A stretch of 64,000 nucleotides of DNA, taken from the NCBI GenBank assembly GCA_964016885.1, contig OZ024743.1, positions 2,542,001 to 2,606,000 of the forward strand, in the 5' to 3' direction. The stretch is from Eledone cirrhosa. Lineage: Eukaryota. Both the position numbers and the translations under genes were made by a program. The notes under the pieces were generated by a model. That model made no database searches. It saw only the letters and a list, made by a program, of their open reading frames with translations, and was not told where the DNA came from. Positions 50,949 to 63,341 of this stretch are shown piece by piece (positions within the stretch are counted from its first letter, which is position 1; every line of letters begins with the position of its first letter).

Positions 50949-51845
50949 GGGGGGTGGCCGCATGATGGTTGTGTGTGTTAGGCGTTTGACCGCCCCATGC
51001 CTTCGAAGAAGGAAGAAGGAAAGGATTTTGTTTTTTTGTTTTGAAGATACGCTAGAATTAGGGATTGAGGTTTGAAAATACGTTAGGGATTGAGGTTTGA
51101 AAATACGTTAGGAATTAAGGTTTGAAAATACGCTAGATAGAAGGTAATGATTGAATGGGGTCCTTGCATTTAACAAGCGATTAACAAAAATACAAAATTT
51201 GTTCTGTTCAATACGACCAAAAACTTTCGTATTTAACAATTAATAAATACAAAAAATGTAGATTGTTTTAGCGATAGATTGGCTATTTGGACTTGATACG
51301 AAATATGGATTGTTTTGAAAATACGCTAGAATTAGGATTAAAATACGCTAGAATTAGGATTTGTGAAGGTAGAGAGATGAAGGAAAATCTGTACATTACG
51401 TTACATGAATATCGTGGGGGTAGACAGCAAGCAATGAAATTTGGCGAAGTGAATTCCTATCATATATATATATATAGAGAGAGAGAGGGGGGGGGGCCGC
51501 ATGATGGTTGTGTGTGTTAGGCGTTTGACCGCCCCATGCCTTCGAAGAAGGAAGAAGGAAAGGATTTTGTTTTTTTGTTTTGAAGATACGCTAGAATTAG
51601 GGATTGAGGTTTGAAAATACGTTAGGAATTAAGGTTTGAAAATACGCTAGATAGAAGGTAATGATTGAATGGGGTCCTTGCATTTAACAAGCGATTAACA
51701 AAAATACAAAATTTGTTCTGTTCAATACGACCAAAAACTTTCGTATTTAACAATTAATAAATACAAAAAATGTAGATTGTTTTAGCGATAGATTGGCTAT
51801 TTGGACTTGATACGAAATATGGATTGTTTTGAAAATACGCTAGAA
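50587..51845. repeat. Tandem array of a ~515-545-bp unit x2.4
   Basis: Units begin gctagatagaaggtaatgattg at 50587, 51132 and 51646. Confidence 0.95.
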
Positions 51846-52135
51846 TATATATGGATATGTATATGTATATATATATGGATATGTATATATATATATGTAT
51901 ATATATGTATATAAGCGTGGAAGATGGACGTTAAACGATGATGATGATGATGATGATGATGATGATATATATGGATATGTATATATATATGGATATGTAT
52001 ATATATATATGTATATATATGTATATAAGCGTGGAAGATGGACGTTAAACGATGATGATGATGATGATGATATATATATATATATGTATATATACGATAT
52101 TAAACAAATGGAAACTATATTTATAAAGCCATATT

Positions 52136-52201
52136 TATTTCGTTATATATATTTCTGGGATATCATATTAAAAATATGGTATGCCTTCATCAGACAAAAT
52201 A
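52136..52201 (-). ncRNA. Minimal type I hammerhead ribozyme motif, intact core
   Basis: Minus strand: tattttgt-CTGATGA-aggcataccatatt-ttt-aatatgatatccca-GAAA-T-atat-ATA-acgaaata. Confidence 0.75.
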
Positions 52202-52344
52202 CAATACATAAGCTGTTTTATAAATAATTATTGACATACCTTATAATAATGCAACTTCCATTTAAAAAGTTGATTTGGTAGTCAATGGAAGTTGCATTAT
52301 TATAAGGTATGTCAATAATTATTTATAAAACAGCTTATGTATTG

Positions 52345-52410
52345 TATTTTGTCTGATAAAGGCATACCATATTTTTAATATGATATCCCAGAAATATATA
52401 TAATGAAATA
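52345..52410 (+). ncRNA. Hammerhead mirror copy with a G8>A core mutation (CTGATAA), probably inactive
   Basis: Right-arm copy of 52136-52201. Confidence 0.6.
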
Positions 52411-52542
52411 AATATGGTTTTATAAATATAGTTTCCATTTGTTTAAAATCGTAAACTTACTCCAGAAACTGTTGTGTGCTTTTATATCAGTTATAAAATA
52501 TTTACTAGTTGTAACCCAACAATCTTAAATAAAACTTTTGCA

Positions 52543-52573
<31 letters not shown>

Positions 52574-52574
<1 letters not shown>

Positions 52575-54778
52575 GAGACGTATAACATAGATAATAACTG
52601 GAATTTCTTAAGTGACAACTTGCTGCAGGCTACTGATGAAACTTGTGGCTGGAGCAGAGCTCCAACCAGACAGAGAGTGACCTGGTGGTGGAACAGCACA
52701 GTAGATAAGGCCATTAGAGACAAAAGACTCGCATGGAAGGCTTGGAAAAAGGGTGGGAGTAGGGAAGAATATACAGCCACTAAGAGAAGCTAGACGTCAG
52801 GTGTACTGAGCACGCAGGGAGGCAGAGAGTAGGAGGTTTGCCAATGTTCTGCGACGGGAAGATCAGAGGCGTGCGGTGTTCCACATTGCAAGGCAGTGTG
52901 TCAATGCAAATCAGGATGTTGTTGGAGATAAATGTGTCCGGGATGATGCCGGTGTACTTAGTGTCACGAATGATCAGAAAAAGGAGGCCTGGAAATGTCA
53001 TTATGAGAGACTGATGAATGTGGAGAACGAATGGGAGAGAGAGAAATTACCCTTGGTAGATCCGACAGAGGAACCAGCTATTGAGATTGACGAATATAGG
53101 GTCCAAGAGGCGATTAGGGAAATGAAAAATGGTAAGGCTGCCGGACCATCGGGAATAGTTGCTGAGATGCTGAAGGCATCAGGGGACGTAGGCACTAAAC
53201 TGGTTGCACGCATCATCAATCAGGCTATATATGGTGGTGTCATACCCAAAGACTGGTGCAGCAGTATTCTCATGAATTGCTACAAAGGTAAAGGGGATGC
53301 TTTGGAGAGGAGCAATTATAGGGGTATAAAACTGATAGATCAGGTTATGAAAGTGGCAGAAAGGATTTTAGCACAACTAATTAGAGAAAGGGTCAAACTA
53401 GATGAGATGCAGTTTGGTTTTGTGCCTGGGAAGAGTACAACAGATGCCCTCTTCTTGGTGAGACAATTGCAAGAGAGGTTCTTAGAGAAGAATAAGCCAC
53501 TATACTTAGGCTTTGTTAACCTAGAGAAGGCCTTTGATAGGGTACCCCGATCTGTCATCTGGTGGTCCCTAAGGAAGCTAGGTGTTGAGGAATGGCTTGT
53601 GAGGTCAGTGCAAACTTTGTACAGGGGTACTCTCAGTAAAGCCAGGGTAGGAATGGAGTTTAGTGAGGAATTCCAGATACAAGTAGGAGTACATCAGGGT
53701 TCGGTCCTCAGCCTGCTCTTGTTCATTATAGTCCTCCAAGCCATAACAGAGGAGTTTAAGACTGGCTGTCCATGGGAACTTCTCTATGCTGACGATCTGG
53801 TTCTTATAGCAGAATCAGTAGAGGAGCTAGAGAATAAATTCTGGCTATGGAAACAGCAGTTGTAAGCAAGAGGACTGAGAGTGAATCTAGCTAAGACAAA
53901 AGTGTTGATGAGTAGAAAAGAGGACAAAACCCTGATTCCGTCAGGGAAATGGCCATGTTCGATATGCAGAAAAGGAGCTGGCATAAATTCTATAAAATGC
54001 ACACAATGCAGATCCTGGGTACACGAGATGTAGCGGGCTAGCAGGCAAACTAACAGGTAGGGATAACTATGTATGCAGTAGATATACAGGGAAATTAGAT
54101 AGTAGAAGTCGCACTGATAGACACATTTTTCAAATGCAAGAGGGCGCTATACAAGTGGTGGATAGCTTCCGGTACCTAGGAGATCAGATTAGCATGGGAG
54201 CAGGGTGTTCCGAGGCCATAGTATCTAGAATAAGGATGGGTTGGAAGAAGTTTAGTGAGCTGCTTCTTCTGCTGACGAAGAAGGGTTTCTCCCTGCGTAC
54301 GAAAGGCCGGTTGTATGATGCCTGTGTGAGGAGCGCGATGCTGCATGGTAGTGAGACATGGGCAGCAACTGCAGAGGATATGCGACGGCTGGAGAGAAAT
54401 GAGGCAAGCATGCTCCGTTGGATGTGCAGTGTAAATGTGCGTGAACGACCCAGCATAAATGTGTTGAGAGAGAAACTGTGTCTGAGAGGGATAGAATGTA
54501 GTGTACGGGAGAGGAGACTGAGGTGGTATGGACATGTGATGCGCATGGAGGATGACCGATGGGTGAAGAAGTGCCAGGAATTGCCAGTTGAATGAAGACG
54601 TGGTAGAGGTAGACCACGAAAAACATGGGCGGAGGTGGTGAGAACAGACCTCAGATCATTGAAGCTCACGGTGGAGATGACGAGGGACCGTGACGAGTGG
54701 AGAGATGCTGTGCTGAATAAGACCCATCCCACCCTTGCAAGCAGGGAAAAGCGGACGTAAAATGATGATGATGATGAT
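52574..54778 (+). mobile_element. RTE family C, 5'-truncated and degenerate
   Basis: RT ORF 52876-53865, C-terminal ORF 54134-54595, short 3' UTR with (GAT)n. Confidence 0.93.
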
Positions 54779-54789
54779 CTATATATATA

Positions 54790-54878
<89 letters not shown>

Positions 54879-54880
54879 AT

Positions 54881-57800
54881 TGATGGATGAACTAAGGAAT
54901 TCTGGAGAGTCTGAAGAATATGGACACTCAGTGACAATGCCAAAGATAACGACAAATTCACCTCATGCTGCCGTGCGAAAGGGCAAGGACTCCTTCTCTT
55001 TGTTTTGGCCGCGGATGACCAACATAACTCCAACCCCATCCCCCTCACCCCTCCCTGCGCCCCACCCACCAAACGCAATCCAAAACTTCAGTGTTTGTAC
55101 CATGAATGTAGGCACCTTAAAAGGTCGCTCAAACGAGGTTGTAGAAATGCTTGAATGTAAGGAGGTTGGTGTTTGCTGTATCCAAGAGACCAGGTGGAGG
55201 GACGGGTCTGCTAGATTCATTGTGGGTAAAAAAACGATGCTATAAGCTTTTCTGGGTGGGAAATGACAATGGGCTAGGTGGGGTAGGAATGATGTTAGCA
55301 GAAAAATGGGTGGATAAGATTATAGACGTAAATAGAGTGAATGGCAGAATAATTAAAATAAGACTTGTTCTAAATAGAACTACTGTGACAGTAATATCTG
55401 CGTACGCACCCCAATCCGGACTGCCTGGCGCTATAAAAGACAGAATCTATGAGACACTGATGCTCACTACCTCCCAAATAACCGACAGTGACTATATAAT
55501 TATTGCTGGCGACCTAAATGGTCACGTTCGACAACATTGTGATGGCTATGACGGAATCCATGGAGGCTATGGGTTTGGTACTAGAAATGAGGAAGGCTCC
55601 AGAATCCTGGAATTCTTTGACGCAAATAACCTAACTATCTGTAACACTAACTTCAAAAAACGAGACAATCATTTGTTCACCTACAGATCAGGGGAACATA
55701 CCAGCCAGGTAGATTATATCCTTACCAGAAGACGTGACAGAGTGTCTGTTGTAAACACTAAATCCCTCCCCCATGAAGAATGCACCTCTCAACATAGACT
55801 CATAATTAGCGATCTCATAGTCAGGACGAGACGTACTCGACAACAGAAGAGGACTATCCTCAGGAGAAAAATATGGAAGCTAAAGGATCCCACAGCCAGT
55901 AATAAATTTAAAAGCATATTACTTGATGCTTTCGACAGTAAGGAAGAGCAATTAGAGTCGTACAATATAGAGGAACAGTGGGAATTCCTGAAAGCAAACC
56001 TGCTGATGGCGGCAGATGAAGTCTGGCTGGAGCAGGCTATAGGCAGGAGGAGAGTAACGTGGTGGTGGAACAGTACGGTGGAGGAGTCAATTAAGGCCAA
56101 AAAACAGGCTTGATAACTATGGCGGGATGGGGGAAGTAGAGAAGACTATCAAGTGGCCAGGAGGGAAGCTAGGAGACAAGTGTACTTCGCAAGAAGGGAA
56201 GCAGAGGAAAGAAAGTTCAAGCATGTTCTACAACGCGAGGACCAAAAACGTGAGGTGTTCAGGATTGCTAGGCAATGTGTCACGGAAAACCGTGATATTG
56301 TCGGGGAGAAGTGTGTCCTTAATGATGATGGTGTACTTGCCATCACTGACGCTGATAAGAAGGTAGCTTGGAAGTGTCACTACGAAAGACTACTAAATGA
56401 GGAGAATAACTGGGAGAAAGACAGTCTCCCCCACATCGATCCAATAGAGGAACCAGCAGTGTTAGTCGAAGGTAGTATAAGTAAGGAAATCAAAGATATG
56501 AAGTCGGGTAAGGCGGCTGGGCCTTCAGAAATAGTTGCCGAAAGCTTCTGGAACGTAGTGACACACTAGGTCACCCGGATAGTAAACCAAGTCATACAGA
56601 ATGGGGTTGTTCCGAAGGACTGGTGTAGCAGCAGCATCATTAACTGCTACAAGGGTAAAGGAGATGCCCTAGATAGGGGTAACTATAGAGGCATTAAATT
56701 AATCGACCAGGTCATGAAGGTCACAGAAAAAGTAATAGCGCAACTAATCAGAGAGCGAATTGATCTAGATGAAATGCAGTTCGGGTTTGTGTCAGGTAAA
56801 AGTACCACAGACGCTCTTTTCATTGTACGACACCTACAGGAGAAGTACCTAGCTAAAAGTAAACCCCTATACTTAGCTTTTGTCGACTTGGAGAAAACCT
56901 TTGACAGAGTCCCGCGTTCCATTATCTGGTGGGCTCTTAGAAAACTAGGATGAATGGCTTGTGAGAGCTCTACAAGCCATGTATAAAGAAAGAGTCAGCA
57001 AGGTTAGAATTAACAACGAATATAGTGAAGAGTTTAGCGTAAAAGTTGGTGTTCATCAGGGCTCCATTCTTAGCCCCCTTCCTATTTATTATTGCCCTTC
57101 AGGCTATAACAGAGGAGTTCAAGACCGGCTGCCCATGGGAACTCCTATACGCAGATGATCTAACGCTCGTAGCTGAATCAATGGCTGAACTAGAGAAGAA
57201 ATTCCAAACATGGAAGCATGGCCTAGAATCAAAAGGCCTTAAAATTAACCTGTCTAAGACTAAAGTTCCAGTTTGTAGGAAGGAAAATAGGGCACCGGTC
57301 CCATTCGGGAAATGGCCATGCTCAGTGTATAGGAAAGGAGTAGGCAGAAACTTCATTTTATGTCCCAAATGCAAAGTTTGGGTGCATAAAAGATGTAGTG
57401 GGATCACAGGTAAGCTAACTAAGAATATAGATTTTATATGTGGCCGGTGCTCTGGTGCAATAAGTAGCAGCAAGTGCCCATTGAATACTACCTCATTCCA
57501 TTGCACAGATGGTTCTATAGAAATAGTGGACACCTTCCGTTACTTGGGTGACAAAATCAGCAGTGGTGGAGGTGTGCTCTGAAAGTACAGTAGTTAGAGT
57601 CAGAACTGGATGGAAAAAGTTCAGAGAGCTTATACCACTATTAGCCGCTAAAGGGTTCTCTCTAAAAATGAAAGGCAGGCTGTATGATGCCTGCATACGA
57701 ACAGCAATGTTACATGGCAGTGAGACCTGGGCATTGTGAGCAGACTGGAGAGGAACATGAAGCTTGCATGCTCCGCTGGATGTGTAATAGTAATATACGT

Positions 57801-58439
57801 GAACGGCAAAGCATAAACGAACTAAGTGAAAAATTAGAAGGGATCAGATGTTGTTTACTCGAGAGAAGACTACGTTGGTACGGTCACGTGATGCTCATGA
57901 AAGACAGCTGTATAAAAAAGTGCAAGGCAAGAAAAATAGACTGTAGCCACGGAGTAGGCAGACCCAGAAAAACCTGGGATGACCTGATAAATTCCGACCT
58001 CACACACTTACACCTCTCCAAGACAATGTCACTGGACCGAGATCTTTGGCGCTACACAGTAATACAGAAGACCCACCTTACCTAAGTACAAAGTGAAACC
58101 TACTATAGTGAGTAGGCACCTGTTAACAAAAATACACCCTCGTCCCACTCCCCCCCCCCCCATCCACACCACTCCTTTCAATGTAAAGTTATGGGTCGTG
58201 TAGGTGTCAACAAAAAAAAACACACAGTCCACGCTGTAATGTGGCCGTGTAGGTAACATGGTAAAAACCTCTCAGTCCACACTGTAAACGTGGTTGGTGT
58301 TAGGAAGGGCATCCAGCCTTAGAAAACCCGCCAGACAGTCCTATGCGAGCAAGACAACCACTCTTGCCTCAGGTGGGAAAGCTCCCGTCCAAACCCATGA
58401 AAGCGTGGAAGATGGACGTTAAACGATGATGATGATGAT
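54881..58439 (+). mobile_element. RTE family A covering almost the whole ORF, many frameshifts and stops
   Basis: Collinear with 46846-50425 from the ORF start to the (GAT)n tail. Confidence 0.94.
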
Positions 58440-58474
58440 ATATATATGTGTATATATATATATGTATATATATG

Positions 58475-58559
<85 letters not shown>

Positions 58560-58597
58560 AGGAGGTTATAGTTCACTTGAAGCATTGTGTAATGAGG

Positions 58598-58871
58598 TAT
58601 AAACGTTTGTATATGTATAATAAAGCCAAAACAATGCAGGTATGGACATAGAATAAAGAATGCAAATGCATGACTTAGCAAGCTATTTAGAACACTGGTT
58701 TAACCGCTTTACTTCCCTCCGAAGAAGAGATATTATCTCGAAAATTAAAGACATTTAACTAAATCTAAGGTAAAAGACTAATTGTCAACAATATCTTTTG
58801 CATTTGCATTCTTTATTCTATGTCCATACCTGCATTGTTTTGGCTTTATTATACATATACAAACGTTTATA
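58598..58871. repeat. Inverted repeat, 73-bp arms with a 128-nt spacer
   Basis: tataaacgtttg...tgcaaatgca is mirrored at 58799-58871. Confidence 0.92.
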
Positions 58872-59067
58872 TATATATATGTGTATATATTTATGTATAT
58901 ATATATATATATTTATGTATATATATATCTATATATATATCTATATATATATATATATGTATTTATATATGTATATGTATATATATATGTATATGTATAT
59001 GTATATATATATGTATATATATATATGTATATATATGTATATGTATATATATATGTATATATATATG

Positions 59068-59102
<35 letters not shown>

Positions 59103-59139
59103 GTATATATATATGTATATATATATGTATATATATATG

Positions 59140-59210
<71 letters not shown>

Positions 59211-59241
59211 GTATATATATATGTATATATGTATATATATG

Positions 59242-59310
<69 letters not shown>

Positions 59311-59311
59311 G

Positions 59312-59396
<85 letters not shown>

Positions 59397-59505
59397 GTAT
59401 GTATATATATATATGTATATGTATATATGTATATATATATGTATGTATATATATATATATGTATATGTATATATGTATATATATATGTATGTATATGTAT
59501 ATATG

Positions 59506-59552
<47 letters not shown>

Positions 59553-59581
59553 GTGTATATATGTATGTATATGTATATATG

Positions 59582-59628
<47 letters not shown>

Positions 59629-59897
59629 GTGTATATATGTATATATATGTATATATATATGTATATATATATGTATATATATATGTATATATATATGTAT
59701 ATATATATATGTATATAAATATATGTATATATATATATGTATATAAATATATGTATATATATGTATATATATATATGTATGTATATATATATATGTATGT
59801 ATATATATGTATATATATATATATATGTATATAAATATATGTATATATATGTATATATATATATGTATGTATATATATATATGTATGTATATATATG

Positions 59898-59930
<33 letters not shown>

Positions 59931-60308
59931 GTATATATATATGTATATATATATATGTGTATATATGTATGTATATATATGTATATATATATATGTATGT
60001 ATATATATATGTATGTATATATATGTATATATATATATGTATATATATGTATATATATATATATATGTATGTATATGTATATATGTATATGTATATATAT
60101 GTATATATATATATGTATATATATATATGTATATGTATATATATATGTATATGTATATATATATGTATATGTATATATATATATGTATATATATATATGT
60201 ATATGTATATATATATATATGTATATGTATATATATGTATGTATATGTATATATATGTATATATATGTATATATATATGTATATATATGTATATATATAT
60301 ATATATAT
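58872..60308. repeat. 1.4-kb (TA)n/(TATG)n microsatellite
   Basis: Seen directly. Confidence 0.97.
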
Positions 60309-60341
60309 TTAAAAGAATAGGGGTGTTACACACAAGTTGTG

Positions 60342-62863
60342 ATATATTGGTAAACCGAAAAGAAAATGCTGACAAATTGTTCACAGTGAAAAATAGTTTA
60401 ATTAGGAATAAATGAGAATTAGTAATAGTATTGGTTAGTATTCAGTTTTGGTTTTAAGTTTTACCGGTTGCGCATTTCTAATACTTTTCAAAAATAATTT
60501 TGAGATAGAGCGCCCGTGATGTTTGCTCTAATCTGATTAGTTTTGGAAATTCTACCTGTTTTATGTAAAAAAAAGTGGCTCCAGATGTATGAAAAAATTC
60601 TTGTGGTCAAAACAATTTTGATTGGTCGGTAGAGGTCGTGTGAATGTTAAAAATTGATATTGGGCCAAAAGTAGGTTTGTGTCGGCTGATTGAGAAGTCA
60701 CTGAGAAATAAGTCTTTCAAAACAAATATGTGTGTGTGTGTAGTAGTAGTAGTAAAGAGGTTCGTTGTTGTGATAATGGTCAGCAGGGATATGTGTGCGA
60801 ACTGCAGCCTATTGATAGTTGAAATGCCTATTAAGACAAGTGTGTGTGTGTAGCAGAGTAATTCGTGGTAGAGGGATGGTCAGTAGGAATGTGTCTGTAA
60901 GTGTGCGGGGGATATTTTAACATGTTAAAAGATATTTTTCAGCTCTTGTCTTATACGGAGATGTGTGTGTGTGTGTGCGTGCGTGCGTGTATATGTCTCT
61001 TTGAATGTTAATGTACGCGTGTGTATATATATGTGCGTGTGTGCGCATGTGTGTGGGTGGACCAGTAATTATTTTTGTGGTACTGGTGAAATGGTGTACA
61101 TTCCATATTTTCAGTAAAATCGATTCTCTCAATAGAACATCAAAAACCTTAATAATAAAAGGTGCGAAATGATATATAGTATTGGCATAATACCAAGGTG
61201 TGTGTGAGTGTGTCCAGATTGTACATACTGTAAGGGGAATCCATTAGGCCTTGCCGTATTGGAATACCTGTGCACAAATATGTATCTGGAGTGTGTCCAG
61301 AAATTGTATACCTGTGCACAAATTGTATATTTGTGTACAAATTGTACACGTGTATCTGGAGTGTGTCCAGAAATTGACGTGTGTATGTTATGGGTTCGTC
61401 TTAGGGAGAAGTGTTTAGACGGGGTCCATATTTGTTAATAAAGTAAGATTCCTTGCTGATACAAGGAATCTTTATTAACAAATACGGACCCCGTCTAAAT
61501 ACTTCTCCCTAAGACGAACCCACAACATACACACGTCAACATACATAGCTACATCAGCATACATCCTACATACATATAAACACAATGACATACGTAAACA
61601 CACATGTTCTATGGTGCAACACAAATATACACAAATTTGCATACCTTTTGATGTCTATAGATATAAACGTGCCGACACACATACATACATAAACGCACAC
61701 ATGCATTGAACACTGATGGGCACATACATATTTGTACACAACTATTCCAGTACGGCAAGGCCTAATGGATTCCCCTTGCAGTACGTACAATCTGGACACA
61801 CTCCAGATACATATTTGTACACAGGTATACAATTTCTAATCACACTCCAAATACATGTGTACAATTTGTACACAAGTATACAATTTCTGGACACACTCCA
61901 GATACATATTTGTGCACAGGTATTCCAATACGGCAAGGCCTAATGGATTCCCCTTGCAGTACGTACAATCTGGACACACTCACACACACCTTGGTATTAT
62001 GCCAATACTATATATCATTTCACACCTTTTATTATTAAGGTTTTTGATGTTCTATTGAGAGAATCGATTTTACTGAAAATATCGAATAATGTACACCGTT
62101 TCACCAGTACCACAAAAATAATTACTGGTCCACCCACACACACACATGTATGCGCACACACGCACATATATATACACACGCGTACATTAACATTCAAAGA
62201 GACACACACACACACTTCTCCGTATAAGACAAGAGCTGAAAAATATCTTTTAACATGTTAAAATATCCCCTGCACACTTACAGACACATTCCTACTGACC
62301 ATCCCTCTACCACGAATTACTCTGCTACACACACACACACACACACACTTGTCTTAATAGGCATTTCAACTATCAACAGGCTGTGGTTCGCACACACATC
62401 CCTGCTGACCATTATCACAACAACGAACCTCTTTACTACTACTACTACACACACACACATTTGTTCTGAAAGACTTATTTTTCAGTGACTTCTCAATCAG
62501 CCGACACAAACCTACATTTGGTGCAAAATCAATTTTTAACATTCACATGATCTCTACCGACCAATCAAAATTGTTTTGACCACAAGAATTTTTGCAACAC
62601 GAATTGGCGCAAAACTTATTTTAATACCGCTGGAGCCACTTTTTTAACATAAAAACAGGTAGAATTCCCAAAACTAATCAGATCAGAGCAAACATCACGG
62701 ACGCTCTATCTCAAAATTATTTTTGAAAAGCATTAGAAATGCGCAACCGGTAAAACTTAAAACCAAAACTGAATACTAACCAATACTATTACTAATTCTC
62801 ACTTATTCCTAATTAAACTATTTTTCACTGTGAACAATTTGTCAGCATTTTCTTTTCCGTTTA

Positions 62864-62872
<9 letters not shown>
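60342..62872. mobile_element. Large non-coding foldback element with ~1.1-kb inverted arms
   Basis: atattggtaaac.gaaaagaaaatgctgac at 60344 is mirrored at the right end. Innermost hairpin centred near 61468. The right arm has extra sequence at ~61541-61830. Confidence 0.88.
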
Positions 62873-62910
<38 letters not shown>

Positions 62911-62963
62911 GTATATATATATGTATATGTATATATATATATGTATATGTATATATATATATG

Positions 62964-62994
<31 letters not shown>

Positions 62995-63341
62995 GTATGT
63001 ATATATATATATGTATATATATATATGTATATGTATATATATATATGTATATGTATATGTATATATATATATGTATATATATATGTATATGTATATATAT
63101 ATATATGTATATGTATATATATATGTATATGTATATATATATGTATATGTATATATGTATATGTATATGTATATATATATATGTATATGTATATGTATAT
63201 ATATATGTATATGTATATATATATGTATATATGTATTTGTATATGTATATATATATATGTATGTATATATATATATATGTATATATATATATGTATGTAT
63301 ATATATATATATGTATATATATATATGTATATATATATGTA
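62873..63341. repeat. (TA)n/(TATG)n microsatellite
   Basis: Seen directly. Confidence 0.97.

Larger units (their letters stand above)
52093..52453. repeat. Inverted repeat, 170-bp arms with a 21-nt spacer
   Basis: 52093-52262 mirrors 52284-52453 with a few mismatches. Confidence 0.95.

Noticed and set aside
50742-51520. Duplicated 77-79-aa ORFs
   Set aside because: Non-ATG starts inside the tandem array, running through dinucleotide repeats. No hammerhead core was found in the unit either.
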